Below are positions 44,259 to 54,539 of a stretch of 64,000 bases of DNA, piece by piece. The translations under genes were made by a program, and so were the position numbers. The notes under the pieces are model-generated. The model ran no database searches, had not been told where the DNA came from, and was given only the letters and a program-made list of their open reading frames with translations. Origin of the DNA: an uncultured Thermoplasmatales archaeon (lineage in GTDB: Archaea; Thermoplasmatota; Penumbrarchaeia; Penumbrarchaeales; Penumbrarchaeaceae); contig CAWEDU010000009.1 in NCBI GenBank assembly GCA_963807965.1, positions 35,577-99,576 on the forward strand. The letters are read 5' to 3'. Every line of letters begins with the position of its first letter. The stretch's first letter is position 1.

Positions 44259-44846
44259 TCAGTTCAGGTATATGGCGTCGACCACAATGGACCTTAGCTT
44301 CAATACCTTCTGCTGACCCAGCTCAATAAAGGTTTCACCATATATCCCTCCCTCCACTTCGGATGGATATGTCACGATGGTCTTCTTTGGAGGTTGGGGT
44401 ATTGGTATCGGTTCATCCTTCTTCATTTGAGTTGCTATAGGGGTAGTACCTTTGAGAGGATGCAGAGGTTTGTTGGGAGGGTGTAACTATCTTTGCCTGT
44501 CCTGGTTGCACTGGTTTGAACTTATTTACCTCGCTCACCGGACCAGATCTTTTGATCTGCGGAGGACCTTTTGGAGCTCCTCTGTCCAGAAGGTTCAATA
44601 CCAGGATCAAGGCGAATACTCCGAGGAGTATCCCTCCCGCAATGAACCGGAAATTGGGGGGAAAAATCCATCAAGGGTCTCCCCAAAGTCCTTGGAAAGG
44701 ACCGGTGCAATGATCAAAACCCCAATATAAAGACCATAAAAAACCAACAGAACAACTGGAAGAATTGGTATCTTTCCTCTTTTTAAACTGTTGGGTCCTG
44801 GTCTGGCGGGGCCACCTTGAACCGGCGGAAACCTGGGATCAGCCAT
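44259..44846 (-). CDS. Hypothetical two-TM membrane protein (at least two frameshifts)
   Basis: Fragments join as TM1, IAGGILLGVFALILVLNLL, a Pro-rich linker and KKTIVTYPSEVEGGIYGETFIELGQQKVLKLRSIVVDAIYLN* ending at 44259. Confidence 0.55.
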
Positions 44847-44939
44847 CGATTTCAGGTTATCATCTCGGTGGTTTTAAACGTTTCTAACATAGAGGTGTAT
44901 AAATAAGGTTATATCATATGTAAAAACTCCCAGAAAAAC

Positions 44940-45530
44940 ATGGGTGACGCTTTCAACATCGCCTCGGTCCTTATAGGCCTCTTGAGGACCATCATTATCT
45001 TGATCCCAGCAATGACAGCAAATACATTTGCACCATTCACCGGAGGTGGAAAACCTGTCGATTTCTGTAAGACAAGAAATGATGGTAGAAGATATCTGGG
45101 AGATGGCAAGACCTGGAGGGGATTCATAGGTGGGTCCATAAGTGCTACAATACTTGGATTGACCCTTCTTCTCGTCCTTCATTTCCTGAGAATTACGGAT
45201 GTCTCAAACAGCCTCTGGGGGCCATTTCCTCTATCTTTGGTCATAATTTCATCTATGGCAGTGGGATCATTGGTCGGAGATATGATCGGCAGTTTCATCA
45301 AGAGGGCATTGAAAAGACCCAGGGGGACAAAAACCCCTCTACTCGATCAATGGGATTACCTTATCGGAACAACGATCTTCATTCTTCCTTTCTATCCATG
45401 GTGGTATGATGAACTTATCGCTGACAATGGATGGATCGCCCTTTTGTTGTTCTTCATAGTTGCCTGGGTTGCCCATACGATCGCAAATTATATTGGATAC
45501 TGGATAGGTGTGAAAAAAGAACCTTGGTAG
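44940..45530 (+). CDS. carS: CDP-archaeol synthase
   Basis: PA..AN...P..GGG.P.D......DGRR..GDGKTWRG, GD..GSF.KR....RG...P.LDQ.D, K.EPW. Confidence 0.93.
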   Translation: MGDAFNIASVLIGLLRTIIILIPAMTANTFAPFTGGGKPVDFCKTRNDGRRYLGDGKTWRGFIGGSISATILGLTLLLVLHFLRITDVSNSLWGPFPLSLVIISSMAVGSLVGDMIGSFIKRALKRPRGTKTPLLDQWDYLIGTTIFILPFYPWWYDELIADNGWIALLLFFIVAWVAHTIANYIGYWIGVKKEPW

Positions 45531-45610
45531 AGCACTTGCACCATAAAAACGGGCCCAGAAGCAAAAATAATTTATAATTCACACCTCGATCCTCTTTAAA
45601 AGGGGATGGC

Positions 45611-46156
45611 ATGCCCAGATGGGAGATTCATCTGTCAATTGCATCCATGGCTGTCCTTGTCATTTCAACAGGATATGCCCTTGGAACCTACCAGAGTGGG
45701 TTATCTATCCTTAACATAGGTAAAGGCATCCATCTCATCTTGGGACTGGGTCTAGGTTGTGCTGCGCTGTTCCTCGGTTCGGTCCTTCCGGACATCGATG
45801 GAAGAGGACGGATCAGATGGACGATCGGTCCCCTCTTCGGTGCTTTCGGGATCATACCTCCTTTCATTGGAAAAGTTACAACCCAGGGCATATCCGAGGC
45901 TTTTTCATTCATCTGGGATGAGGGTTCCACAATATTCCTGATCCTGACCGTGGCAGGATCTCTTCTGATAATTCTACCTTTTAAACATAGAGGTTGGATG
46001 CATTCGATTACACCAGGTTTGGTATATGGGTCTGCATTTGGGTCCTATGTATTCCTTTCAACATCACTCGGCCTGGAAGTAGCTTTCCTCGTAGGTGTCC
46101 TGAGTATACTGGGATATCTGTGGCATCTCTCCCTGGACGGAGAGCTCTCCCTGTAG
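45611..46156 (+). CDS. Membrane metal-dependent hydrolase (YdjM-like)
   Basis: N-terminal His, GS.LPDID, HRG..HS, H...D; multiple TMs. Confidence 0.8.
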   Translation: MPRWEIHLSIASMAVLVISTGYALGTYQSGLSILNIGKGIHLILGLGLGCAALFLGSVLPDIDGRGRIRWTIGPLFGAFGIIPPFIGKVTTQGISEAFSFIWDEGSTIFLILTVAGSLLIILPFKHRGWMHSITPGLVYGSAFGSYVFLSTSLGLEVAFLVGVLSILGYLWHLSLDGELSL

Positions 46157-49100
46157 GATATCATCCTCTATCTCTTCAGCGATGATCGGGGTGTAAATTT
46201 GAACCGGTTCCTCAGTAATTCCAGTTCTGCCCCTCCTTCTTAGAATGACCGGGATCAGGATCGAGATAAGGGTCAGGAATATTACGAACACCAACAATAT
46301 TGTCCAGAATGGATCTGGCCCCCCAACATTTTCTTCAACTGGGTCTGAAGTACCTGTGATCCTTAGGACTATCTCCTCCCTTGAGAGAAGGAGCCCTTCT
46401 TCCTCGACGGTGATAATAATGGGATATTTTCCTGGTTCACCTTCGATCATGATCCTTCTTGAAAATACCCCGTCCCCCATCACCCTATCCCCTCCAAGAC
46501 CATCGTCTAGAAGGAATATGAAACCATCTTGGAACAATTCTGAATTTGCCTTAACAAGGACCTCAAAGGAAGTGTCCACTTCAACCTCTATCAGGACCTC
46601 TTCTCCGGTTTCTATTGCAGATGAGGAAATGGAAGTGGTAATTCGAATATCTGCAATGACCTCAAGATCAAAGTACCCCTGGTCCACATCCCCATTTGAG
46701 TCCTGAACCTCCACATAGATCCTGTAGACCCCTGGCTGCAGGTCCAAGGATGGTTCGAATCCTGCGGAATATATGCCATCTCCTGCTTCATCATCCGAAC
46801 CCCTACCATCATCCTTCATCAACAAAGCAACCGGACCATCAATAGGGTCCAGGTCTGTTGTGACTGAAAGTTCATCCCCCGGAAGGTCCGGATCCAGGAT
46901 GGAAGCGGTTATCAGAATAATCAGATCCTGACCGGAGATTATGGATCCGGGTTCGATAATAACTTGATCTACCTTGGGAGGTGTATTGGTGTTCGAAACC
47001 GAGATCTCACATTTGACAGTGTTTGAGTAGATCGAACCATCGAAAGCTCTTGCATTGATCTCATAACCTCCATCCTCAACCGTCCTGGAATCCCATACCA
47101 GGGACCATTCCTCCTGTCCATCAGCTTCGGTCCATTCAAATACTGTTCCCTCTGATGAAATTATCTTGATCTCGACCTTCTCTACGGATATATCGTCACT
47201 TGCTGTCCCTGAGATAGTTACAATACCGGTAATGTTCCTTTGACAATCGATCGATACCTCGGGTTGGAAATTGTAATCGGAAGATCTAACCGTCACCTCT
47301 AGGGAATCTGTTGACCATCCACCATCGTCATCCTTGATCCCCTAGTGTTGCGATGTAAGTTCCTTCCTCGGAATAACCGCTATATTCAAACGTCAGAACT
47401 CCTTCACTTTCATATTCTCCGTCATTGTCAACGTCCCATCTGATCTCCTCTATGTACCATCCAAGTCCTCAGCCGTTCCTGAAAAGGTGACCGGTGATTC
47501 TACTCTGACCTCAACATCATTCCCTGCAAATACCTCCGGTAGCTGGTTCGGAGGGATATAATACAAATATTCAAGGAATGAACCTCCTTCCCCGATCAAG
47601 AGCCGAGTTCCATCAGCACTGGATGAGCCCGATATCGAAATTGAAATATCCCCTCCAGATAAAACTGTGATCTCATCCAAAGGAATGTCGATCTGGAAAC
47701 TTCCTTCACCACCTTGAAGATCAATCTGATCTGATCGAGCAATTTCAGAGGTCCCTTCCGCAAAAAAGGATATTTCATAGTCGAACTTACCCGGTCCAGA
47801 CGAATCTACTATCAACCGGATGGATAGTATTGAGTTCAGGGTCCTGGTTTCCAAAAAAGGGTCAGATACCCATTCTCCTATCCTGCCCCCCATGACCTCC
47901 CTAAACCCAGAAGGACCTGGATCTTTCATCAACCTGGAATTGTTAGTAAGATAGAGGGTCTCTTTTGATGAAGTGACATCGGTAACATTAATGGTTGCCT
48001 CAGCATTATTTGAAGATTCCTCACCACCATTGTCCCTGACCAACAAGGATGCTATATAGGTGCCTCCTCTCTGATATCGGTGTTCTACCTTTGCTGTATC
48101 CACCCAACCACTTACCGTACCATCCCCAAAGTCGAAATTATATGCCACAACGTTCCCGCCTCGGATATTGGTATCCTGAGAAGAGGATCCATCCAAAAGA
48201 AAACGAGTGGTCGTAGTGCCTTCCGTTGGTAACACTTCAAGCTGCGCGATAGGAGGGGGATTTATGCCTAGAACAGTAAGGGGCCTTTCAGCTCCATTGT
48301 TGCTCTCGTCTGATTCCGCTATTTCATTTTCAGGATCTGCAATAGCTGTTATTGCGTGGATCCCGGGATTTGCCATCCAGGTAAAGGACGCGATACCATA
48401 AGAACCAGCGGGTACACGTATCCTATCCTCACCTATCTTTTCCCCTGTCCTTTCAGGACCATCTAACAGTCTTACAAGAGCATCCTCAACAGACCTACCG
48501 CCTGTGTTGTTTACACGTACACTGATCTGAACATTATCTCCATTTTCCGGAAGGTTGTCAGAGAATGAGATCGCCAGAGGAACTATTGAAAGATCTGGAG
48601 GGGAAGGTCCTTCAGTGATATTTACCTCCCTCTCCTCCGAAGAAAAACCCATCCCGTTTATGGAAGTTTCTGCGGAGATGATTCCTGAATCACCCTCCTC
48701 CCCTCTGGGGATTATGGAGAGTGACAAACTGGGAACTGCACCTTCAACACTTGAATTATAATAGGTCCTCATGGTGGTTACCCAGTTGTCACCTGACCTG
48801 ATAGGTCCGATCAATTGAGGATCAGCCCCATAGAGGTCAGCTTCCATCTCGATCTTGTCTGGCCTACCCCAATCATAGGGAGTGTTGATCTCTATCACAT
48901 GTATATCTTCATCGGAATCATATCCTGTCTTTGTGAACTTTCCACTTGCAATGATGTCCACCGGATAACCTGAAGAAACCTCGCCAGGAGCGGAGATATC
49001 CAAGGAGAGGAGGTCCAACGCCCTCTTCACAGCTCCGTATGCATCCACCTGTCCCCATCCTGACCTGGTATTATATTTACTATCCAGGGAGGGTTTTGAT

Positions 49101-50428
49101 GAGGAGTAAACCTGTTCTGCCGTATCCTTCATAATGGACTTTATTTGCACGGGTGTAAGATCTGGGTTGGCCTCAAGCATCAATGCTGCTAGGCCGGATA
49201 TATGTGGGCAAGACATCGATGTTCCTGTCTTGTCAACGTATTCGAATAACGAATTATGATTTGGAGCTCTAATATCCACACCGGGAGCGCTAACATCGGG
49301 TTTGAGCTCATCGAGTTGGTCCATATCGCCATCACTATCTCTTGGACCCCTGTTCGAAAATCCTTGAACAGTGTCATCATTTCTTCCAATAGTCCCTTGA
49401 TCACCATAGGCACCCACAGTAATGACCTTATCAGCAGATGCAGGACTCGGAAGACCCTGTGTACCATCATTTCCGGCAGCTACAACAACAACGACTCCTT
49501 CATCGACAAGACGGTTTGCCAATTGTGAGGTAGTATCCCTGCCGGAGGTTGGAATGGTAGTCCCAAAGGAGCAGGAAACAACCTTTATTCCCCTTTCTTC
49601 ATGGTTATCGATCAACCACTCAAAAGCCTGATCGGAGTTCCCAAGGAAAGATCCGAAAGAGATGAATATCTTGAGATCCACAAGACCCGCTCCAGGAGCC
49701 ACTCCCTGATATGTCCCGGAGGATCCTCCAGTACCCATGGCAGTCCCTGCCACATGGGTGCCATGTCCATCGCTATCATTTGGATTGATCCCGTAAAATG
49801 TGGTGGTTCCAGTGAAATCTGCCCCATACTCGTATTTTCCAATGAGTGATTCATGATTATTATCCACACCAGAATCCATTATAGCAATAGTCACTCCTTC
49901 TCCAGTGATCCCGAGGTCCTCAGCAGAAAAGGGTGAATAAACCGATGATGGTGCAGCTTTTATTGTCGGGGATGAAGTGTCCAGGAACGGGACCATCATG
50001 GGGCGGTATTCTATGAAATTGACACCTCCGATAAGGAGATCTTCATATTCACCAGACTCCCGCACAAGGAGATAGATGGCTGTTGTATGGGTTCCCACTC
50101 GTAAGAATTCCGGGTCAAGTCCGATGGTCTTCGCCCTTCCCATGATCGATCGGACATCATCTGCCGATACAGGGCCTGTCATATGCACGTTTATCCCGAT
50201 CATTCCATCCAATGAATCGAGTTCATCTCTATCATAGAGGAAATCATCGATACTGTCACCGTTGGAATCCCTTTCATATCTATCAAAGGAAAGTGGAACC
50301 TGTGAAGAAAGTGGTATGATATTTTCATATGGATCCATGTCCTCCTCCAAGCTGGTAGCCAATTGTGAAATATTCATAAATAAGATTAATAGGAGAATAA
50401 TGACAGGGAGCATTGACCTTGATCTCAT
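46064..50428 (-). CDS. Second membrane-anchored S8 protease with CARDB-like, PKD and Ig domains; two frameshifts (near 47453 and 47340)
   Basis: MDSG / GHGTHVAG / GTSMSCP; PDL...D..N.I.ES.E.NN; WDFGDG-like FDFGDG; the 47296-47450 gap encodes IEEIRWDVDNDG...EGTY.ATL in another frame. Confidence 0.87.
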
Positions 50429-50591
50429 CGATTTCCTCCGGTGGTAATACTAGAGCGATAATATACTTATAGATAATCCCTTTCAATGGTTCCAGACTGG
50501 TGTCAAAGATCACTTTCAAACAAGTTACAACAACCTTAAATAGACCGTATAGAATCAAGGGCGAGTTCTTATAAAAAGGAGGCTTGCTCCC

Positions 50592-51233
50592 ATGAATAAC
50601 GAACAGGAGAATATGAAAACTGGTACAACGACCCTGGGTATTGTTTGCAAGGATGGGGTCGTTATGGCAACAGAGCACAGGGCGACCATGGGAACCCTCA
50701 TAGCGCATAAAGAGACCCAGAAGCTTTTCAGGATCGATGACCATATTGGCCTGACAACAGCCGGTCTTGTTGGGGATGCACAGAATCTTGCAAGGTATAT
50801 TACAGCAGAGGCGGAACTTTACAGATTGAAAAGGGACCAGGTAATGACGATCAAAGCAGCTGCGACCCTAACGGCCAATATCCTTTCCGGAAGCAGGTAT
50901 TACCCATATTGGGTCCAACTTTTACTTGGCGGATGGGACAGGGAAGGAGGACATGTTTACTCCCTTGATGCTGCCGGAGGATCCATTCCGGATAAATATT
51001 GTGCAACAGGCTCCGGATCACCCTACGCTTACGGTGTCCTTGAGGACAATTTCAAGGACGATATGACCACAAGCCAAGGTGTTGATATCGCCATCAAGGC
51101 ACTCAACGCTGCGATGAGAAGGGACAGTGCTTCAGGTAATGGATATGATGTTGTAGTCATTTCAAAGAATGGCTGGAATCCACTCTCTGCCAAGGACCTT
51201 GAGAAGAGGAAGCAAAAATTAAATATCAAATAG
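50592..51233 (+). CDS. psmB: Proteasome beta subunit
   Basis: Propeptide followed by KTG/TTT, AG.VGDAQ, GSGSPYAYG.LE, RDSASG. Confidence 0.97.
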   Translation: MNNEQENMKTGTTTLGIVCKDGVVMATEHRATMGTLIAHKETQKLFRIDDHIGLTTAGLVGDAQNLARYITAEAELYRLKRDQVMTIKAAATLTANILSGSRYYPYWVQLLLGGWDREGGHVYSLDAAGGSIPDKYCATGSGSPYAYGVLEDNFKDDMTTSQGVDIAIKALNAAMRRDSASGNGYDVVVISKNGWNPLSAKDLEKRKQKLNIK

Positions 51234-51405
51234 GTCATAAGAGCCGCCGGAACGGGTTTTTCCGATCCAATTACTCATTATTTACCAAATATCGTAATCG
51301 CCATTGATGGTGTTGATGATTATCCTGAAATGATACTCTGGTCCTAATAAGGGCAGGATATCAAGATCAATCATTGGTAGTAGCCCTTTTATTGAATTTC
51401 AAGGG

Positions 51406-53331
51406 GTGGTTAAAACGAGTTATGAGGCGCTAATAAAGCGTATTAAAGCCGATGTGGAATCGATCGTTCCCGAGGGAGTGGAGATCACCGAAGTGGATTT
51501 CGAGGGTCCAGTGGTAGTGATCAAGACTAGGAACATGGACGAGTTTGTTTACGATTCAAATCTAGTCAGAAAACTTGCCCAGGGTCTGAAAAGAAGAGTG
51601 GCCATCAGGCCTCACAGTTCCCTGGTCAAGGATGTGAACGAAGCGAGTGAGATCATCAAGGAGATCATCCCCGAAGAGGCGAATATTACCGATGTCGCTT
51701 TCAACCACGATTCCAACGAGGTCACTATTGAGGCATTATCACCCGGTCTTGCCATTGGCAAACATGGCACCAACCTCAATGATATCAAGAAAAGGACTGG
51801 TTGGGCTCCAGTTGTGGTCAGAACACCTCCCATAGAATCCAGGAGCGTAAAGGATATCAGACAATATCTTAAAAATCCCGATGTCACCGAGAAGAGGAAA
51901 AATTTCCTTAAGAAGGTTGGTAGGAGGATCTTTAGGGATATCCCTGACGATGAGAACTGGGTCCGGGCAACCAGCCTTGGAGGTTACCGGGAAGTGGGGA
52001 GGTCCTGCCATATGTTGACCACTAGGAACTCCAAAGTGCTGGTTGACATAGGGGTAAACGTTGGTTCCAATGACCATCCCTCACCTTATCTTCAAATGGC
52101 TGAGGTACAGCCTTTCGATTCCATCGATGCACTGGTTATAACGCACGCCCATCTGGACCATTCAGGTCTTGTTCCATTAATGTATAAATATGGGTTTGAC
52201 GGACCTATCTATTGCACAGCTCCTACAAGGGACATGATGGCCCTGTTGCAACTTGATTACATTAAGGTGGCTGTCGCAGAAGGAAAGAGACCGCCCTACG
52301 AATCTAAACATGTCCAGGATGAGATCCTCCATACAATCCCGATCAAATACAATGAGACAACTGATATTGCTCCGGATATCAGACTGACCCTTCATAATGC
52401 AGGGCATATCCTTGGTTCAGCCTCACCTCATTTCCATGTTGGAGATGGATTGTACAATATTGCATATTCTGGAGATATCAAATTCGAGAGGACCTGGCTT
52501 TTCAATTCAGCTACCAACCAGTTCCCAAGGTTGGAGGCCCTTGTAATGGAATCCACTTACGGGGGAAGGAGAGATTTCCAGCCTACCAGAAAGGAAGCGG
52601 CAACAGAACTCAAGACCGTCATGAAGAGGACCCTTTCCAGAGGAGGAAAGGTCCTCATCCCGGTCTTTGCTGTGGGCAGGTCCCAGGAAGTGATGATAGT
52701 CCTTGAAAAACAGATGAAGAACGGACAGATCCCAAGGGCGCCGATCTATCTTGACGGAATGATATGGGAGGCAACTGCAATTCACACAGCCTATCCGGAG
52801 TTCCTTAACAATCAGCTGAGGACACAGATATTCCAGCGTAATGAAAATCCCTTCCTTTCTGAATTCTTCCAGAAGGTGGATTCCAGGGATATGAGGAGCA
52901 GGATCATCCATGATCCGGAACCAGCAGTCGTTCTTGCAACATCTGGTATGCTTAACGGTGGTCCGGTCATGGAGTATCTGAAGTACTGGGGATCAGGTGG
53001 GGAGAATACCCTGGTCTTCGTAGGTTACCAGGCAGAGGGAACCCTCGGGCGAAAGATCCAGAAGGGTATGAAAGAGCTAATGATATCCGAGAAAGGAAAA
53101 CCGATGTCAGTTAGCCTCAGGATCAATGCAGAGACCGTAGATGGTTTCTCTGGACACTCTGACAGGAAACAGCTGATCAACTACATATCCACAATGGACC
53201 CAAAACCCAACAGGATCATTATACATCATGGAGATGAGACCAAGGAGATGGACCTGGCCTCTTCGATCCATAGAAAATATGGAATAACAACAACCATACC
53301 CTATAACCTTGAAACCTACAGATTGAGGTGA
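51406..53331 (+). CDS. fttA: Beta-CASP ribonuclease aCPSF1 / transcription termination factor FttA
   Basis: N-terminal KH domains, GGYREVGRSC, HAHLDH, AGHILGS, GYQAEGTLGR, FSGHSD; follows psmB as in many archaea. Confidence 0.96.
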   Translation: MVKTSYEALIKRIKADVESIVPEGVEITEVDFEGPVVVIKTRNMDEFVYDSNLVRKLAQGLKRRVAIRPHSSLVKDVNEASEIIKEIIPEEANITDVAFNHDSNEVTIEALSPGLAIGKHGTNLNDIKKRTGWAPVVVRTPPIESRSVKDIRQYLKNPDVTEKRKNFLKKVGRRIFRDIPDDENWVRATSLGGYREVGRSCHMLTTRNSKVLVDIGVNVGSNDHPSPYLQMAEVQPFDSIDALVITHAHLDHSGLVPLMYKYGFDGPIYCTAPTRDMMALLQLDYIKVAVAEGKRPPYESKHVQDEILHTIPIKYNETTDIAPDIRLTLHNAGHILGSASPHFHVGDGLYNIAYSGDIKFERTWLFNSATNQFPRLEALVMESTYGGRRDFQPTRKEAATELKTVMKRTLSRGGKVLIPVFAVGRSQEVMIVLEKQMKNGQIPRAPIYLDGMIWEATAIHTAYPEFLNNQLRTQIFQRNENPFLSEFFQKVDSRDMRSRIIHDPEPAVVLATSGMLNGGPVMEYLKYWGSGGENTLVFVGYQAEGTLGRKIQKGMKELMISEKGKPMSVSLRINAETVDGFSGHSDRKQLINYISTMDPKPNRIIIHHGDETKEMDLASSIHRKYGITTTIPYNLETYRLR

Positions 53332-53335
53332 GAGG

Positions 53336-53750
53336 CTGGAACCTCCGATCGAGGGTTATTTAAAACTCGATCCGAAGGACCCTTATAGGGGTCCTGGAAC
53401 CTATATCTTGATGTTGGAGTTTGAAAAGGACCGGGAGGTCAAGGTTGGTTCACTCGGTCCGTTAAGGATTAAAAAGGGAAAATATGCCTATATAGGTTCT
53501 GCTAAAGCCGGAGTCTGGAGAAGGGTGAGGAGGCATCTGGAAGGACCTGTAAATCCCAGGTGGCATATAGATCACCTATCAATTATTATCCAGAGATAAG
53601 ACCGTCTTCTTCAAGGATTATGGTCCCGGTGATGAATGCTTATCAGCTGAATACCTTTCAAAGAGATTCACATCTGTTCCAGGTTTCGGTTCTTCAGATT
53701 GTAAATGCGGTTCACATCTATTCTATATGGACCAGTTAAAGAAGAAATAG
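53336..53750 (+). CDS. DUF123 / GIY-YIG-like protein (frameshift near 53588)
   Basis: GTYIL, G.Y.YIGSA, R..RH, WHID.L; after the shift EC...GFGSSDCKCGSHLFY ending at TAG 53750; start uncertain (CTG 53336). Confidence 0.82.
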
Positions 53751-54488
53751 AGAGATGATCTCAAAAAGAAGAAGGAGGAAACCTATTCCGATAAGGAGAA
53801 TTCCACCGACGATCCTGATATCATCTCTGTTCAGTTTTCGCCCCAATTCTGAAGCTCCGGATCCGAGGACAAGGAGAGGAACTGTAAGACCGAGAGAATA
53901 GGAGAACATTGTCATAGCTCCCATGAATACTCCTGTCCCTATATCACTGGAATCGAGACCAAGCATATTGGCAACAGCCAGTGATGCCCCGGAGGCCTCG
54001 ACGAAGCAGATCAGGGAAACCAATATCCCAAGTCCTACCATTGAACTCCTTTCCCCCTTCCCTTTTCTAGGGCCAAGTTTTGTCAGGAGTAAAAGGAACC
54101 TGTTCTTCAGACCTGGTGCCATACCACTACAATCATCTTTACTTCTCCTCCTTGGGATTCCCATGAATCTAAGCCCGGTAGCGATCATTATGAAAGCAAT
54201 AATAATGTATACAAAAGCCTGGAACCATGGAAATGAAGAGAGTCCAGCAAGGGATGATATCGAATACCCGAAAGCACCGAGCAGTCCTCCAAGAAGAGTC
54301 AATATCAGGATCCTCGGGAGGGAGAACATCATTGATAGACCGAGTCCTTCTCTGGCTCCTCTTGATTGTCCGGCCAATCTAAGAATGAGAAGCGGCCCAC
54401 AGGTCAGATTACAGATGGTAAGACCCTGGACCGTTCCCAGCAGGAACATCATGAGGAATAATAGAATATTTGCTTCCATCGGATACAA
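53736..54488 (-). CDS. DsbD_2 / CcdA-like cytochrome c biogenesis-type membrane protein
   Basis: C..TCGP in the first TM, C in a middle TM, M..YSLG..VPLL pattern, six or more TMs. Confidence 0.65.
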   Translation of the reverse strand: MYPMEANILLFLMMFLLGTVQGLTICNLTCGPLLILRLAGQSRGAREGLGLSMMFSLPRILILTLLGGLLGAFGYSISSLAGLSSFPWFQAFVYIIIAFIMIATGLRFMGIPRRRSKDDCSGMAPGLKNRFLLLLTKLGPRKGKGERSSMVGLGILVSLICFVEASGASLAVANMLGLDSSDIGTGVFMGAMTMFSYSLGLTVPLLVLGSGASELGRKLNRDDIRIVGGILLIGIGFLLLLFEIISLFLL

Positions 54489-54539
54489 TGGGTTGAAACG
54501 GATAGGTCCACAAATCCTTATCGGTGATACGGGATACCT

